From NCBI GenBank assembly GCA_045627045.1, contig JAZQMY010000054.1, forward strand, positions 19,629 to 83,628: DNA of 64,000 bases, given 5' to 3'. The translations under genes were made by a program, and so were the position numbers. This document shows positions 8,548 through 18,264 of the stretch, in pieces. Below the pieces are notes generated by a model, which was not told the DNA's origin, did not search any database, and saw nothing but the letters and a program-made list of their open reading frames with translations. The stretch's first letter is position 1; each line of letters starts with the position of its first letter. The DNA comes from Clostridia bacterium (GTDB lineage: Bacteria; Bacillota; Clostridia; HGM11327).

Positions 8548-10503
8548 TTATTTCATATCTTCATAAGCATCTCTCTTGTTGAATTGAGCGTGCTTAACAA
8601 TGTAATCATGACGTACTTCTGCTTTTTCACCCATCAGAATTCCTATCTTGTTTTCAGCTTCTGCTGCATCACCTATCTGAACTCTGATCATTCTTCTTGT
8701 ATTCGGGTCGAGAGCCGTTTCTTTGAGCTGATCTGGATTCATTTCACCAAGACCTTTGTATCTCTGGATCGTGTATCCTTTTTCAAACTCGTCTGTTGCT
8801 GCTCTTAATTCCTCATCTGTATATGCATAATATACTTTTGAGCCCTTTTCGATCTTGTAAAGCGGTGAAAGTCCTATATAAATGTGTCCGTCTTTGATAA
8901 GGTCCGGAAAATATCTGTAAAAGAACGTTATAAGAATTGCTCTGATGTGCGCACCGTCCTGGTCGGCATCGGACAAAATAATAATCTTGTCATAATTAAG
9001 TTTTGAGATATCAAATTTGTCGCCAATTCCTGTTCCTAATGCATATATTATTATTTTATATTCTTCATTTTTCATTACCTGGTCAAATGAAGTCTTTTCT
9101 ACGTTCAACGGCTTACCACGAAGCGGCAAAATCGCCTGAAAATGTCTGTCTCTGCCTAATTTTGCTGTGCCTCCGGCAGAATTACCCTCTACTAGATATA
9201 ATTCGTTTATTGTCTTGTCATTTCCTGAACAGTTTGCTAGCTTTCCTACAAGAACTGAGTTTTCTACGCCCTTTGACTTTGTTCCTTCACGGATTTTTGA
9301 TGCTGCGTTGCTTATAGCCTTACGCATCTGGGCGGTTCTGATACATTTATCGGTAATTTTTTTGGCGGTTTCATCGTTCTGATGAGCTTCCATGAATTTC
9401 GTGAACTCTTCGACTACAACTGCTTCGACTGCCGTTCTTGCTTCAGTATTGTTTAGCTTTTCTTTTGTCTGTCCTTCGAACTGTGCTTCAGCCATTTTTA
9501 TTGAAATGACTGCTGTTAGTCCTTCACGCGTATCTCCACCTGAAAGAGCGTCCTTTTTGTCTTTGATAAGATTAAATCTTAATGCAAAATCATTGATCGT
9601 TTTCGTGATGCCGCTTCTGAAGCCGGTTTCGTGAGTTCCACCTTCAGAAGTACTTATATTGTTTGCGTATGAAGCTACGATGTCTGCACTTGAATCTGTG
9701 TACTGGAATGCTGCTTCGACCTTAATATTGTTCTTTTCGCCTGATATCTTTATCGGTTCATCAAAAAGCGTTTGTTTTCCTTCATTGAGAAATTTTACGT
9801 AGTCTGACAAGCCTCCTGTAAAGCAGAAATGTTCTTCCTTTGGTTCATTGTCACGTTCATCATACAAATCAATTTTAAGACCGCTGTTCAGGTAAGCAAT
9901 TTCCTTGAGTCTCGTGGAAATCAGATCATAATCGAAGTTTGTGCTTTCAAATACTCTGTCATCCGGCAAAAATGTTACTTTAGTGCCTCTTTTTCTTGTG
10001 TTTCCGACAATAATAAGGTCTGTTACCGGTTTTCCTGAAATTATGTTTCCTTTTTTATCAGCGACGCTTTCGTATCTTTGTTTGTACTCTTTACCGTCTC
10101 TGTAAACTGTAACTTCAAGCCAACGGGAGAGAGCGTTTACAACTGCGGCGCCAACGCCGTGAAGTCCGCCTGAATAACTGTAATTTGTGTGGTCGAACTT
10201 ACCTCCGGCGTGAAGAACGGTAAAAATAACCTGAACTGCCGGCACTTTCATCTTTTGATGGATGTCTACAGGCATTCCTCGGCCATTATCGCAAACACTG
10301 ACACTTTTATCCTTGTTTATGCGTACTTCTATTGAGTCTGCATAGCCATTCAGCGCTTCGTCAACGGAGTTATCGACGATTTCTGTTAATAAGTGGTGAA
10401 GTCCCTTTGACGATGTCGAGCCGATGTACATGGCAGGGCGTTTTCTTACCGCTTCAAGCCCTTCAAGTACAACAATATCATCTGCGGTATATTTATTTGA
10501 CAT
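8548..10503 (-). CDS. parE: Type IIA topoisomerase subunit B, probably topoisomerase IV ParE
   Basis: LEGLEAVRKRPAMYIG, EIVDNSVDE, GGLHGVG, EGNSAGG, PLRGK, DADQDGAHI, QRYKGLGEMN; paired with the ParC-like gene. Confidence 0.8.
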   Translation of the reverse strand: MSNKYTADDIVVLEGLEAVRKRPAMYIGSTSSKGLHHLLTEIVDNSVDEALNGYADSIEVRINKDKSVSVCDNGRGMPVDIHQKMKVPAVQVIFTVLHAGGKFDHTNYSYSGGLHGVGAAVVNALSRWLEVTVYRDGKEYKQRYESVADKKGNIISGKPVTDLIIVGNTRKRGTKVTFLPDDRVFESTNFDYDLISTRLKEIAYLNSGLKIDLYDERDNEPKEEHFCFTGGLSDYVKFLNEGKQTLFDEPIKISGEKNNIKVEAAFQYTDSSADIVASYANNISTSEGGTHETGFRSGITKTINDFALRFNLIKDKKDALSGGDTREGLTAVISIKMAEAQFEGQTKEKLNNTEARTAVEAVVVEEFTKFMEAHQNDETAKKITDKCIRTAQMRKAISNAASKIREGTKSKGVENSVLVGKLANCSGNDKTINELYLVEGNSAGGTAKLGRDRHFQAILPLRGKPLNVEKTSFDQVMKNEEYKIIIYALGTGIGDKFDISKLNYDKIIILSDADQDGAHIRAILITFFYRYFPDLIKDGHIYIGLSPLYKIEKGSKVYYAYTDEELRAATDEFEKGYTIQRYKGLGEMNPDQLKETALDPNTRRMIRVQIGDAAEAENKIGILMGEKAEVRHDYIVKHAQFNKRDAYEDMK

Positions 10504-10546
10504 TTATTTTTCCTTTAGGTATATATTTTTAAACGAGGCTTTGCAA

Positions 10547-10562
10547 TGTTTCACGTGAAACA
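10547..10562. promoter_or_regulatory. parS centromere-like site (ParB/Spo0J binding)
   Basis: Perfect 16-bp palindrome TGTTTCACGTGAAACA matching the parS consensus, about 9 kb from dnaA. Confidence 0.93.
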
Positions 10563-10720
10563 AAAAATAAAAAGTAAAAATTATGCCTACAAAACCTCAC
10601 AATAATATAATTATAGCATAAACCAATGAAAAAATCAACATATATTATTGAATATATAAAATGCTACTATATATTGATGAATATATTGATGAAATACGAT
10701 AATAAAAGATAAGATTTTTA

Positions 10721-10749
10721 TTGAATAAAAGGGTGATATATGATATAAT
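10721..10749 (+). promoter_or_regulatory. Sigma-A promoter for the MutS-like pair
   Basis: TTGAAT-17 bp-TATAAT with extended TG; AAGGAG RBS before ATG 10777. Confidence 0.6.
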
Positions 10750-10776
10750 TAACGTATTAAGATTAAGGAGAATCGT

Positions 10777-12231
10777 ATGTTTTCCATTCTATTTGAACAG
10801 ATTCCGGAAACTAATTTTGCCGAAGAGCAAGCCTTCAAGGATATAAATGCAGACAGGATATTCAATGAAAAGGTAAGAAAAATTCTTTGTTATAATATTA
10901 CTGAAAGCGAAATAAAAGCAAGAACGGAGTTTTTTTCCCAGCTGAGAAAAGATGATAATGCAGAGAAATTAAGCATATTGGGAAAGGATCTTACTGAGCT
11001 TGAGCGTCTGAAAGCGGCATATTACGATGCAGAAAGCAAAATTGAGGTTCTATTTATAGCCAGAACGCTATGTGATACATATTGCAGGGCTGTAAAAAGG
11101 ACTCTGAACCTCGCTCTGGACGGGAAATTCATCACAGAATTGAAGAAAGAGGCTGAAAAACTGCTTGAAGACGTCGAAGAAATGTCTGAAATGGTGAGAG
11201 AAACAGAGGAAGCATTCAATACGGTGAAGAACTGGAGACTTTCATTCGGCGGAAGTGGGCTTGTTTTCATGAAAAGAGGCAGCGCGGAACACGAAGGAAT
11301 ATTCAATAAGCTTATAAAATCAGGAAAAGAACTGAATATAGTAAGCGAGTCCTTCAGAACAGATGCAAACATCAAGGTACCTGCGGAATTATCAGATAAG
11401 CTGCTTGACATATACCGTGATGAGGTAAAGAAGTTGACAGTATTTGTAAGAAAATATAATGGAAAGATAAATTTCGATATATTAAAATTGAAGGAAGAAA
11501 TAGATTTTTATCTTACTATGAAAAAGCTCTATGATAAAGCAGAAAACAGAAAAATTATATCGACAAATGCGAATATCAGTAAAAATAAAGAATTCAGAGC
11601 AATAAAGGCATATGATATAACGCTCCTTGAAAACAAAGAAACAGAAATAGTGCCAAATGATATTGACTTTACAGAAGAGGATTCAGTATGTTTTCTGACA
11701 GGCGCAAACGGCGGTGGAAAAACAACTTACCTGAGGAACATTGCGGTGAATATGATTCTTGCACTGTCAGGATTCCCGGTATTTGCGGAAAAATGCAGTA
11801 TTTATCATTTCAGGAAGATATATAGTCATTTTCCTGTGGATGAATCATTCACCGATTCGGGAAGGCTGAAGGAAGAAGAAAACCGTGCCAACGGTATAAT
11901 CGAAAATGCAGATAAGGATACATTTATATTATTCAATGAGACTTATTCAGGAACTGATTCAGTGAAGGGAACAGGGCTTGCGCTTGAAGCGGCGGCAAAA
12001 GCTCTGGAAAAAGGGGCATTTATGCTCTTCGTGACTCACTTTTATGACGTAACTGAAAGCAATTTTACAATCCTTCAGGCGGTCGTGGAGGAAGGAAACA
12101 ATAATCAGAGAACGTATAAAATCAGAAAAGGCATGAACAAAAGGGCGTCATTTGCGAATGATATTCTTGATAAGTACGGGCTTTCACTGAAAAAGCTCAA
12201 GGAAAGGTTTGGTGAAGACTTTGAAGCATAA
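10777..12231 (+). CDS. MutS-related ATPase lacking the mismatch-binding domain (MutS4A-like)
   Basis: VPND, LTGANGGGKTT Walker A, HFPVDE...GRLKEE, LFNETYSGT, FVTHF; no MutS domain I or Smr domain. Confidence 0.8.
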   Translation: MFSILFEQIPETNFAEEQAFKDINADRIFNEKVRKILCYNITESEIKARTEFFSQLRKDDNAEKLSILGKDLTELERLKAAYYDAESKIEVLFIARTLCDTYCRAVKRTLNLALDGKFITELKKEAEKLLEDVEEMSEMVRETEEAFNTVKNWRLSFGGSGLVFMKRGSAEHEGIFNKLIKSGKELNIVSESFRTDANIKVPAELSDKLLDIYRDEVKKLTVFVRKYNGKINFDILKLKEEIDFYLTMKKLYDKAENRKIISTNANISKNKEFRAIKAYDITLLENKETEIVPNDIDFTEEDSVCFLTGANGGGKTTYLRNIAVNMILALSGFPVFAEKCSIYHFRKIYSHFPVDESFTDSGRLKEEENRANGIIENADKDTFILFNETYSGTDSVKGTGLALEAAAKALEKGAFMLFVTHFYDVTESNFTILQAVVEEGNNNQRTYKIRKGMNKRASFANDILDKYGLSLKKLKERFGEDFEA

Positions 12232-13645
12232 TCTTTTATACCTTATACCTGAGGAAGAATACACCGTAGATAAGGAGCTTGCCAAGGATCTGCGGCTCAA
12301 GGAAAGCTTTTCGTTTGAGGGAATGAGCGAAGCAGAAACGGATTATCTGATCAAAATATTGCTTTCTCCTGTAAAAAACAAAGTTAATTTAGAGTACAGA
12401 CGTGAAATTATAAATGAATTTCTATCTGTCCCGGAAATGTTCAACAGAATATTTACAAGCTTCAATAATTTTAACAAAGAAATAAGAAGCAGACAGAGCG
12501 AATTCAACGGCAAGGCCCTCAATTACAAGGACTTTAATTCAAGCAAGAATATGGCTCAGCTGAACTGCATCCATTTCACAAAGGATCTGCTTCTAATACG
12601 AGATATCGAAAAATGTCTATGTAAATATAATTTCAATTCAAGAGGTCTGAACGAATTGAAAAAACGTATTTCGGGAATAGTTAATAATCCCGAATATATA
12701 AAACTGATTGATATTCTTAAATTAATTGAAACTTCAAGCGCAGAGGATGAGTTCAATATGTATTTTGAGCTTGGCGAGATGGGCAGGATGAAGGATTATG
12801 ATATTATAGACTTTGAGGAAGAACAGGAATATACGGCACGTTCGTTTTTCAGGAGAATAAAAACGGAAATAAATGTGACCGCCGAGGCGACACTTACGGA
12901 TAAGAAGAACGAATATCTCTCAAAAAGGTTCAATGATATATCATCTGCCGTGATAATGATGGATAAAATGATTTATTCTGAATTCTCAACTGTCGCCGAG
13001 CAACTTTCGTTCTATAATTCTGCATTGAAATTCATTCATTTTGTAAAGGAGAAGTTGAATCTACCGGTGGTATTCCCTGAGAGGAGCGATTGTACTACTG
13101 AAATTTCATCACTTTATGATATAAATCTTCTTGTTAACGGCAAAAAAGCCGTGCCAAATGACATATCGATACCCTACAATATAAACGGAATGGTGATAAG
13201 GGGAGATAACAGCAGCGGAAAAACCGTATTTATAAGGTCGGTAGGCACTGCCCAGCTAATGTTCTCGGCAGGACTCCCTATTGCTGCAGAGAAAGCCGCA
13301 ATGAGACTTGTGAACGGAATATACTCGCAGTTCTCGTCATCGGAAAAGAAATCGGCAGGAGAGACCGATTCGGGAAGATTTGAGCAGGAGGTCATGGTTT
13401 TCTCATCGATGTTTGAAAGAATAAAGCCGGACTCTCTTGTGATACTCAATGAGTCATTCCAGACAACGGAATATTCGGAGGGTGCAGAAGGACTATATCA
13501 TATATTGAAAGCTATAAATTTTATGGGCTCAAAGTGGATACTCGTCACGCACTTGAAGGAAATATTCAATTTATTCAATGACAAAAATACATCAAAGTAT
13601 GAGATGTTATCTGACGGCTCACATAAGATAAAAAGAGCGGATTGA
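12212..13645 (+). CDS. MutS-related ATPase lacking the mismatch-binding domain (MutS4B-like)
   Basis: VPND, IRGDNSSGKT, GRFEQE, ILNESFQTT, LVTHL; overlaps the upstream stop; start uncertain (GTG 12212 or TTG 12221). Confidence 0.78.
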   Translation: MKTLKHNLLYLIPEEEYTVDKELAKDLRLKESFSFEGMSEAETDYLIKILLSPVKNKVNLEYRREIINEFLSVPEMFNRIFTSFNNFNKEIRSRQSEFNGKALNYKDFNSSKNMAQLNCIHFTKDLLLIRDIEKCLCKYNFNSRGLNELKKRISGIVNNPEYIKLIDILKLIETSSAEDEFNMYFELGEMGRMKDYDIIDFEEEQEYTARSFFRRIKTEINVTAEATLTDKKNEYLSKRFNDISSAVIMMDKMIYSEFSTVAEQLSFYNSALKFIHFVKEKLNLPVVFPERSDCTTEISSLYDINLLVNGKKAVPNDISIPYNINGMVIRGDNSSGKTVFIRSVGTAQLMFSAGLPIAAEKAAMRLVNGIYSQFSSSEKKSAGETDSGRFEQEVMVFSSMFERIKPDSLVILNESFQTTEYSEGAEGLYHILKAINFMGSKWILVTHLKEIFNLFNDKNTSKYEMLSDGSHKIKRAD

Positions 13646-13735
13646 TGAAAAAGCATCCGGATCTAAGTATTTTCTGTAGCAAAGCAAAGCCTTTCAGCAT
13701 ATAATACAGTGGTTATATGTTGAAAGGCTTGTTTT

Positions 13736-14395
13736 ATGAGAAGAGTGAAAAGAAAAGTATTGAGAAACATAATTATATTCTGCCTTGCACTTTCATTGCT
13801 TTGTATTTTGTTTATTGCGTTGCTTGAGAGAGCGATAAGGCCGGCAATGAATGCCATTGCGGAGGTGAGAGTCCGATATTATGCCGTCTCGATCATGAAT
13901 GATGCTATCAGGGAGGTAATGAGTGAAGAAGGCAATTTTGATTCGGTGGTGGATGTCGTTAAGGACGAGAACGGCGCTGTTAAGCTTGTGAGGACTGATT
14001 CGCTTGCGATTAGCCGGATTTCCACTCAGGTCAGCATGAGGGCACAGGAGATGCTTCAGGAGCTCAAGGACATAGAAATATCCATTCCGGCAGGCTCACT
14101 CATCAACAGCGGTCTTTTGTCCGGCAAAGGCCCCGATATTCACATCACAATGCTCCCTGCTGGGGCGGTAAGCACTGATTTTTCCACTGAATTTGAGAAT
14201 GCCGGAATAAATCAGACAAGACACAAGGTTTATCTGCACGTTACGGCTCTCGTCAGGATAGTTGCGCCGCTTTCGGGGTCGGCCATTGAGGTTTCAACGG
14301 CGGTGCCTATAAACGAAATGGTTATTGTGGGCGAAGTGCCGGATACTTATATCAATGTTGATGACGGAAACGGCAGGCTGAATCTTGTGCCATAA
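13736..14395 (+). CDS. yunB: Sporulation protein YunB
   Basis: N-terminal transmembrane helix, IPAGSL...GP, FENAGINQTRH, VIVGEVP motifs. Confidence 0.92.
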   Translation: MRRVKRKVLRNIIIFCLALSLLCILFIALLERAIRPAMNAIAEVRVRYYAVSIMNDAIREVMSEEGNFDSVVDVVKDENGAVKLVRTDSLAISRISTQVSMRAQEMLQELKDIEISIPAGSLINSGLLSGKGPDIHITMLPAGAVSTDFSTEFENAGINQTRHKVYLHVTALVRIVAPLSGSAIEVSTAVPINEMVIVGEVPDTYINVDDGNGRLNLVP

Positions 14396-14439
14396 AAAGA
14401 AAAACGTCAATATAATTCATATATCGACGTTTTTCTTTT
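14395..14439. terminator. Bidirectional intrinsic terminator
   Basis: AAAAGAAAAACGTC...GACGTTTTTCTTTT inverted repeat between convergent genes. Confidence 0.7.
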
Positions 14440-14452
14440 ATTTCTCAATTTT

Positions 14453-14659
14453 TCAGCCTCTGACTGATTTTACGATTCTGCTGCAGCAGTTTGATGCGAT
14501 TCCCGGAATCGAAGAGAGCATTTCTCTTCCGCCTTCAATGAACTTTCTTTCAGGACACTTGACTGCATCCGAGCAGAGCACATGAAAACCAACTGTCAGT
14601 ACGAGTGCGCCTGCCGCAAGAGCCAGGCTTACCGTATCTTTTTTCTTCATATTGAACAT
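14453..14659 (-). CDS. Small hypothetical membrane or secreted protein (68 aa)
   Basis: GAAAGGA RBS upstream, KKK followed by a hydrophobic helix, fills the gap between the esterase and the terminator. Confidence 0.55.
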   Translation of the reverse strand: MFNMKKKDTVSLALAAGALVLTVGFHVLCSDAVKCPERKFIEGGREMLSSIPGIASNCCSRIVKSVRG

Positions 14660-14731
14660 AATCCATATTTCCTTTCAGCGGATAATTTTTGCACATTTAT
14701 TATCTGCAGCGGAAAACGAATTATACTTATT

Positions 14732-15607
14732 TCAGATCTCATCGGGAAGATATTCGCTTCCGTCAACGAATGCACCGAGATTCGTGCCTGCATAATGTCC
14801 CAGAACGTGAAGTCCGTATGCACTGAAGTGGCCGCCGACATTCGGATTGACATATTTGCTGTCGCCGAGAAGAAGCTTGTCGGCAATCCTCGTAAGCATA
14901 ACAAAATCCTCGTCTTCCCTGCAGAGGTCCTCCTGTGCATTCTGGATTGCGTGGTCTTTGTCAAGAGCGCTTGCTTTTCCCTCGGGGGCCCAGGATACGA
15001 TTGAGGCAAAAAGTCCCACACGGATGATGCCGAGCTTGTCAATTCCGATATCCTTTTTCAGCTCATTTTTCATTGCAAGAAGGCCCTTCTTGTATTCTTC
15101 GTAAGAAACGCCCCAGATGGCATCGCTTTCGCCCTGAAGCCATACGGCATAAACGTGTTCGTAGTTACCGTTGAGCTTTTTGAGAGCGGCCTTTGCTTTT
15201 GCGACGACTGCATTGTAGCCCTCGGTTCCGGGGAGCCAGTAGAACATGGCTGCCGAGCCTCTTGCCGCAGGCACTGCAGCTACGTTCCTGCCTGTTTTTT
15301 CAACATAGCTTTTTGCAAATGACGGGATGAGAGTTGAATTGTGATAGCAGGCGCCGCCGAGAACATTGTCCTTGAGCCATTCTGACTGATTAACACCCTT
15401 GTCAAAGCAATAGCCCTGTGTCATATTGTGTCCTATGTCTTCTCCTGCTGGATTTCTGAGAGCTTCAAGGCTGTCTGTAAGATATTTGTACTCAACTGCT
15501 CCTTCGACAGGTTTAGAGTCGATGAGCGCTTCCGTTTCTCCCTGCATATTGCTCTGTCCCATAAAGATTATAATATCGGTTTTACCTGAGTTGTTTATTT
15601 TGTTCAT
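14732..15607 (-). CDS. SASA-family carbohydrate esterase (sialate O-acetylesterase/CE6-like)
   Basis: GQSNM catalytic Ser, WLQGESD, C-terminal HF; RBS GAAAGGAG. Confidence 0.85.
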   Translation of the reverse strand: MNKINNSGKTDIIIFMGQSNMQGETEALIDSKPVEGAVEYKYLTDSLEALRNPAGEDIGHNMTQGYCFDKGVNQSEWLKDNVLGGACYHNSTLIPSFAKSYVEKTGRNVAAVPAARGSAAMFYWLPGTEGYNAVVAKAKAALKKLNGNYEHVYAVWLQGESDAIWGVSYEEYKKGLLAMKNELKKDIGIDKLGIIRVGLFASIVSWAPEGKASALDKDHAIQNAQEDLCREDEDFVMLTRIADKLLLGDSKYVNPNVGGHFSAYGLHVLGHYAGTNLGAFVDGSEYLPDEI

Positions 15608-15815
15608 AATATATTATTCTCCTTTCTGAGTGAAAAAAATCATTTTCGGTTCGGGAAAATTGTATCATATTCCAAATCAAAAGTCAATAGCGTATTATTC
15701 AAGCAAATATAAGGCTTAAAAGGCTTTTACACAAAAAATTACTTTACTTTTTCAGACTGATGTTATATAATTATAAAAATAATATGAAATATCAGACATT
15801 TCGGCAGGGGACGGT

Positions 15816-16292
15816 ATGAAAACGACACTGATAAACGATTATCTTGACAATTTGTCAAAAACTCAGAGGGAAAAGCTGATGAGGGTAATAAAATTCATTG
15901 CAGGCGAGGTGGAGAACGTTGAGCTTGCGAGCGTATTTACTCTTCCGGGCTTTACCGTTGACTATCTTCCGATATGCAACATAAGGGCAAAGAGAAAAAC
16001 GATTACTGTGAGATTTTTCCAGAAGGACGTTTTTGCCGTCTTCGCAGAAAAGCTCGGCGATTTGAAGCACGGCAAGTGCAGTGTGACATTTGAAGAGCCC
16101 GAGGAATTCATGATCCCGCAGATAAAGAAGCTTCTTGAGGTCACGGCTACCGCAACAAAGGTGGACGCAGGCTTTCTGAGGTCGATTCGAATGCGTGATT
16201 ACGGATATTACAATAACTCTCTTCTCTCTCCGAGGAGAAAGCCAGAAAAGAAGGACACCGCAAAGGTGGTAGGCTTGAGAGAAAGGAAGTAA
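15816..16292 (+). CDS. Hypothetical protein, DUF1801/YdhG-like
   Basis: INDYLDNL...REKL N-terminus and GKCSVTF motif; first gene of a tightly packed operon. Confidence 0.6.
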   Translation: MKTTLINDYLDNLSKTQREKLMRVIKFIAGEVENVELASVFTLPGFTVDYLPICNIRAKRKTITVRFFQKDVFAVFAEKLGDLKHGKCSVTFEEPEEFMIPQIKKLLEVTATATKVDAGFLRSIRMRDYGYYNNSLLSPRRKPEKKDTAKVVGLRERK

Positions 16293-16296
16293 CTCG

Positions 16297-17100
16297 TTGA
16301 AGGATAATCTGATAATTCTTGTTACCGGAGCAACATCCGGCATAGGCAAAGCAACGGCAGGTCTTCTTGCATCAAAGGGCTTTACTGTTTACGGCACGGG
16401 AAGAAAAGCTTCCGGCGAGACTGTTGACGGAGTGGTGATGCTTCCTCTTGACGTGACAAATGACGAATCGGCAAGGAATTGCGTTGAGGAGATAATCAGG
16501 AGAGAAGGCAGAATCGACGTGCTTGTGAATAATGCAGGCTACGGAATAGCCGGATCGATAGAGAACACATCCGTTGATGAAATGAGACAGCAGCTTGAAA
16601 CAAATCTTTTCGGCGTGCACAGAATGACAAAGCTCGTGTTGCCGTATATGAGAGAGCAGAAATCAGGCAGGATAGTCAACATCAGCTCTGTTGCGGGCTT
16701 CATTTCAATACCGTTTCAGGCTTTTTACAGCGTATCAAAATACGGCGTTGAGGCTTATTCGAGAGCACTTAGGTGCGAGGTGGCTGAATTCGGGATAAAG
16801 GTCTCAATGGTTCAGCCGGGAGACACAAAAACCGGCTTTACAGGAGAAAGAAAGACTGTGAAGGACGGAATGACGGGCGTATACGGGGAGAAGCTTCAAC
16901 AATCTGTGAAAAGAATGGCGCACGATGAGCAGACGGGAAGAGATCCGATATTTATTGCAAGAGCTGTTCTCAAAACGATAAAGAGAAAGAATCCGCCTGT
17001 AAGCCTTACGGTCGGTATAGAGTATAAGGCAATAAAAGCGCTGTCAAAGGTATTACCCGAAAAGCTGGTTTCGTTTGCAATAAGAAAGCTTTATGCCTGA
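16297..17100 (+). CDS. Short-chain dehydrogenase/reductase
   Basis: TGATSGIG, NNAG, YSVSK (YxxxK); TTG start with AAGGAAG RBS. Confidence 0.93.
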   Translation: MKDNLIILVTGATSGIGKATAGLLASKGFTVYGTGRKASGETVDGVVMLPLDVTNDESARNCVEEIIRREGRIDVLVNNAGYGIAGSIENTSVDEMRQQLETNLFGVHRMTKLVLPYMREQKSGRIVNISSVAGFISIPFQAFYSVSKYGVEAYSRALRCEVAEFGIKVSMVQPGDTKTGFTGERKTVKDGMTGVYGEKLQQSVKRMAHDEQTGRDPIFIARAVLKTIKRKNPPVSLTVGIEYKAIKALSKVLPEKLVSFAIRKLYA

Positions 17101-17113
17101 GAAAGAGAAAAAT

Positions 17114-18247
17114 ATGCTGAAAATTAAGAATGGCTTGGTTTTTACGGACGGAAGCCTTGAAAAAAAGGACATTTACATAAAAGAAGGAAAGATTACTTTT
17201 TCCGAAACACCCGATTGTGAGGAAATCGATGCCGGGGGAAAAACGGTTATTCCGGGATATATAGATATACACATTCACGGAGCAGTGGGAAGGGATTTCA
17301 ACGAGGGCACTGAAGAAGCGTTTGATGCGATAAGCGGATTTGTTGCTTCGCACGGCACGACCTCTGTTCTTGCCACGACAAGCACTGTTTCGGGAGAAGA
17401 TATCGGGAACGCAATAGAAGCCGCTTCACGGAAAATGAATAAGGTTCCCTTCGGCGCAGAGATACTCGGCGTACATATGGAGGGCCCATTCTTCAACGAA
17501 AAGGCACTCGGAGCGCAGAATCCGCAGTTTGTTCAGAAGCCGTCGATGGAAAACCTCGAAAAGATTGTCGGCGACAATATGGACGTGCTGAAAATGATAG
17601 CAATAGCTCCGGAAACTGACGGCGCAAGTGAACTTATCGCTGAAGTAAAAAAGAAAGGCATTGTGCCTGCGATTGGCCACACTGCGGCAGACTATGATAC
17701 GGCAAAAGCGGCAATGGATGCGGGCGCTGTGATGATGACGCACTTCTACAATGCAATGACTCCTCTCAAGCACAGAGATCCCGGCGTTGTTGGAGCGGCG
17801 TTTGATAGGGGAAACGTGTTCATTCAGCTTATTTGTGACTTCATTCACGTTCATCCTGCGGCAATAAGAATAGCAATAAACAATCTTGGCAGGGAAAATG
17901 TGATAATGATTTCCGATGCGATATCGGGAACAGGTCTCGGAGACGGAAAATACGTTCTAGGGGGACTGGATATATTCGTTAAGGACGGAGTGGCAAGAAT
18001 AAAAGAAGGCAATCTTGCAGGCTCAACGCTTACGCTTGACACTGCAATGAGAAATATGCTTTCTATCGGCTATACGCTTGCGGATACCGTCAGATTCCTT
18101 TCGGAGAATCCTGCAAGAGCAATAGGCGTTGACGACAGAAAGGGCTACATCAGAGAGGGCTTTGATGCGGACCTGATATTACTCGATGAAAAAAAAGAAA
18201 TTGAAATGGTTTTCGTAAAAGGAAAGCCCGTTTATGCAAGACAATAA
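17114..18247 (+). CDS. nagA: N-acetylglucosamine-6-phosphate deacetylase
   Basis: PGYIDIHIHG, HMEGPF, THFYNAM, HVHP, LAGSTL; start at ATG 17114. Confidence 0.93.
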   Translation: MLKIKNGLVFTDGSLEKKDIYIKEGKITFSETPDCEEIDAGGKTVIPGYIDIHIHGAVGRDFNEGTEEAFDAISGFVASHGTTSVLATTSTVSGEDIGNAIEAASRKMNKVPFGAEILGVHMEGPFFNEKALGAQNPQFVQKPSMENLEKIVGDNMDVLKMIAIAPETDGASELIAEVKKKGIVPAIGHTAADYDTAKAAMDAGAVMMTHFYNAMTPLKHRDPGVVGAAFDRGNVFIQLICDFIHVHPAAIRIAINNLGRENVIMISDAISGTGLGDGKYVLGGLDIFVKDGVARIKEGNLAGSTLTLDTAMRNMLSIGYTLADTVRFLSENPARAIGVDDRKGYIREGFDADLILLDEKKEIEMVFVKGKPVYARQ

Positions 18248-18264
18248 AGAAAGGTGATCAGATA

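Noticed and set aside
6052-10503. Calling the topoisomerase pair gyrA/gyrB because it is near dnaA
   Set aside because: No intact GyrA-box, and it lies upstream of dnaA rather than after dnaN-recF; topoisomerase IV fits better, though phylogeny is needed
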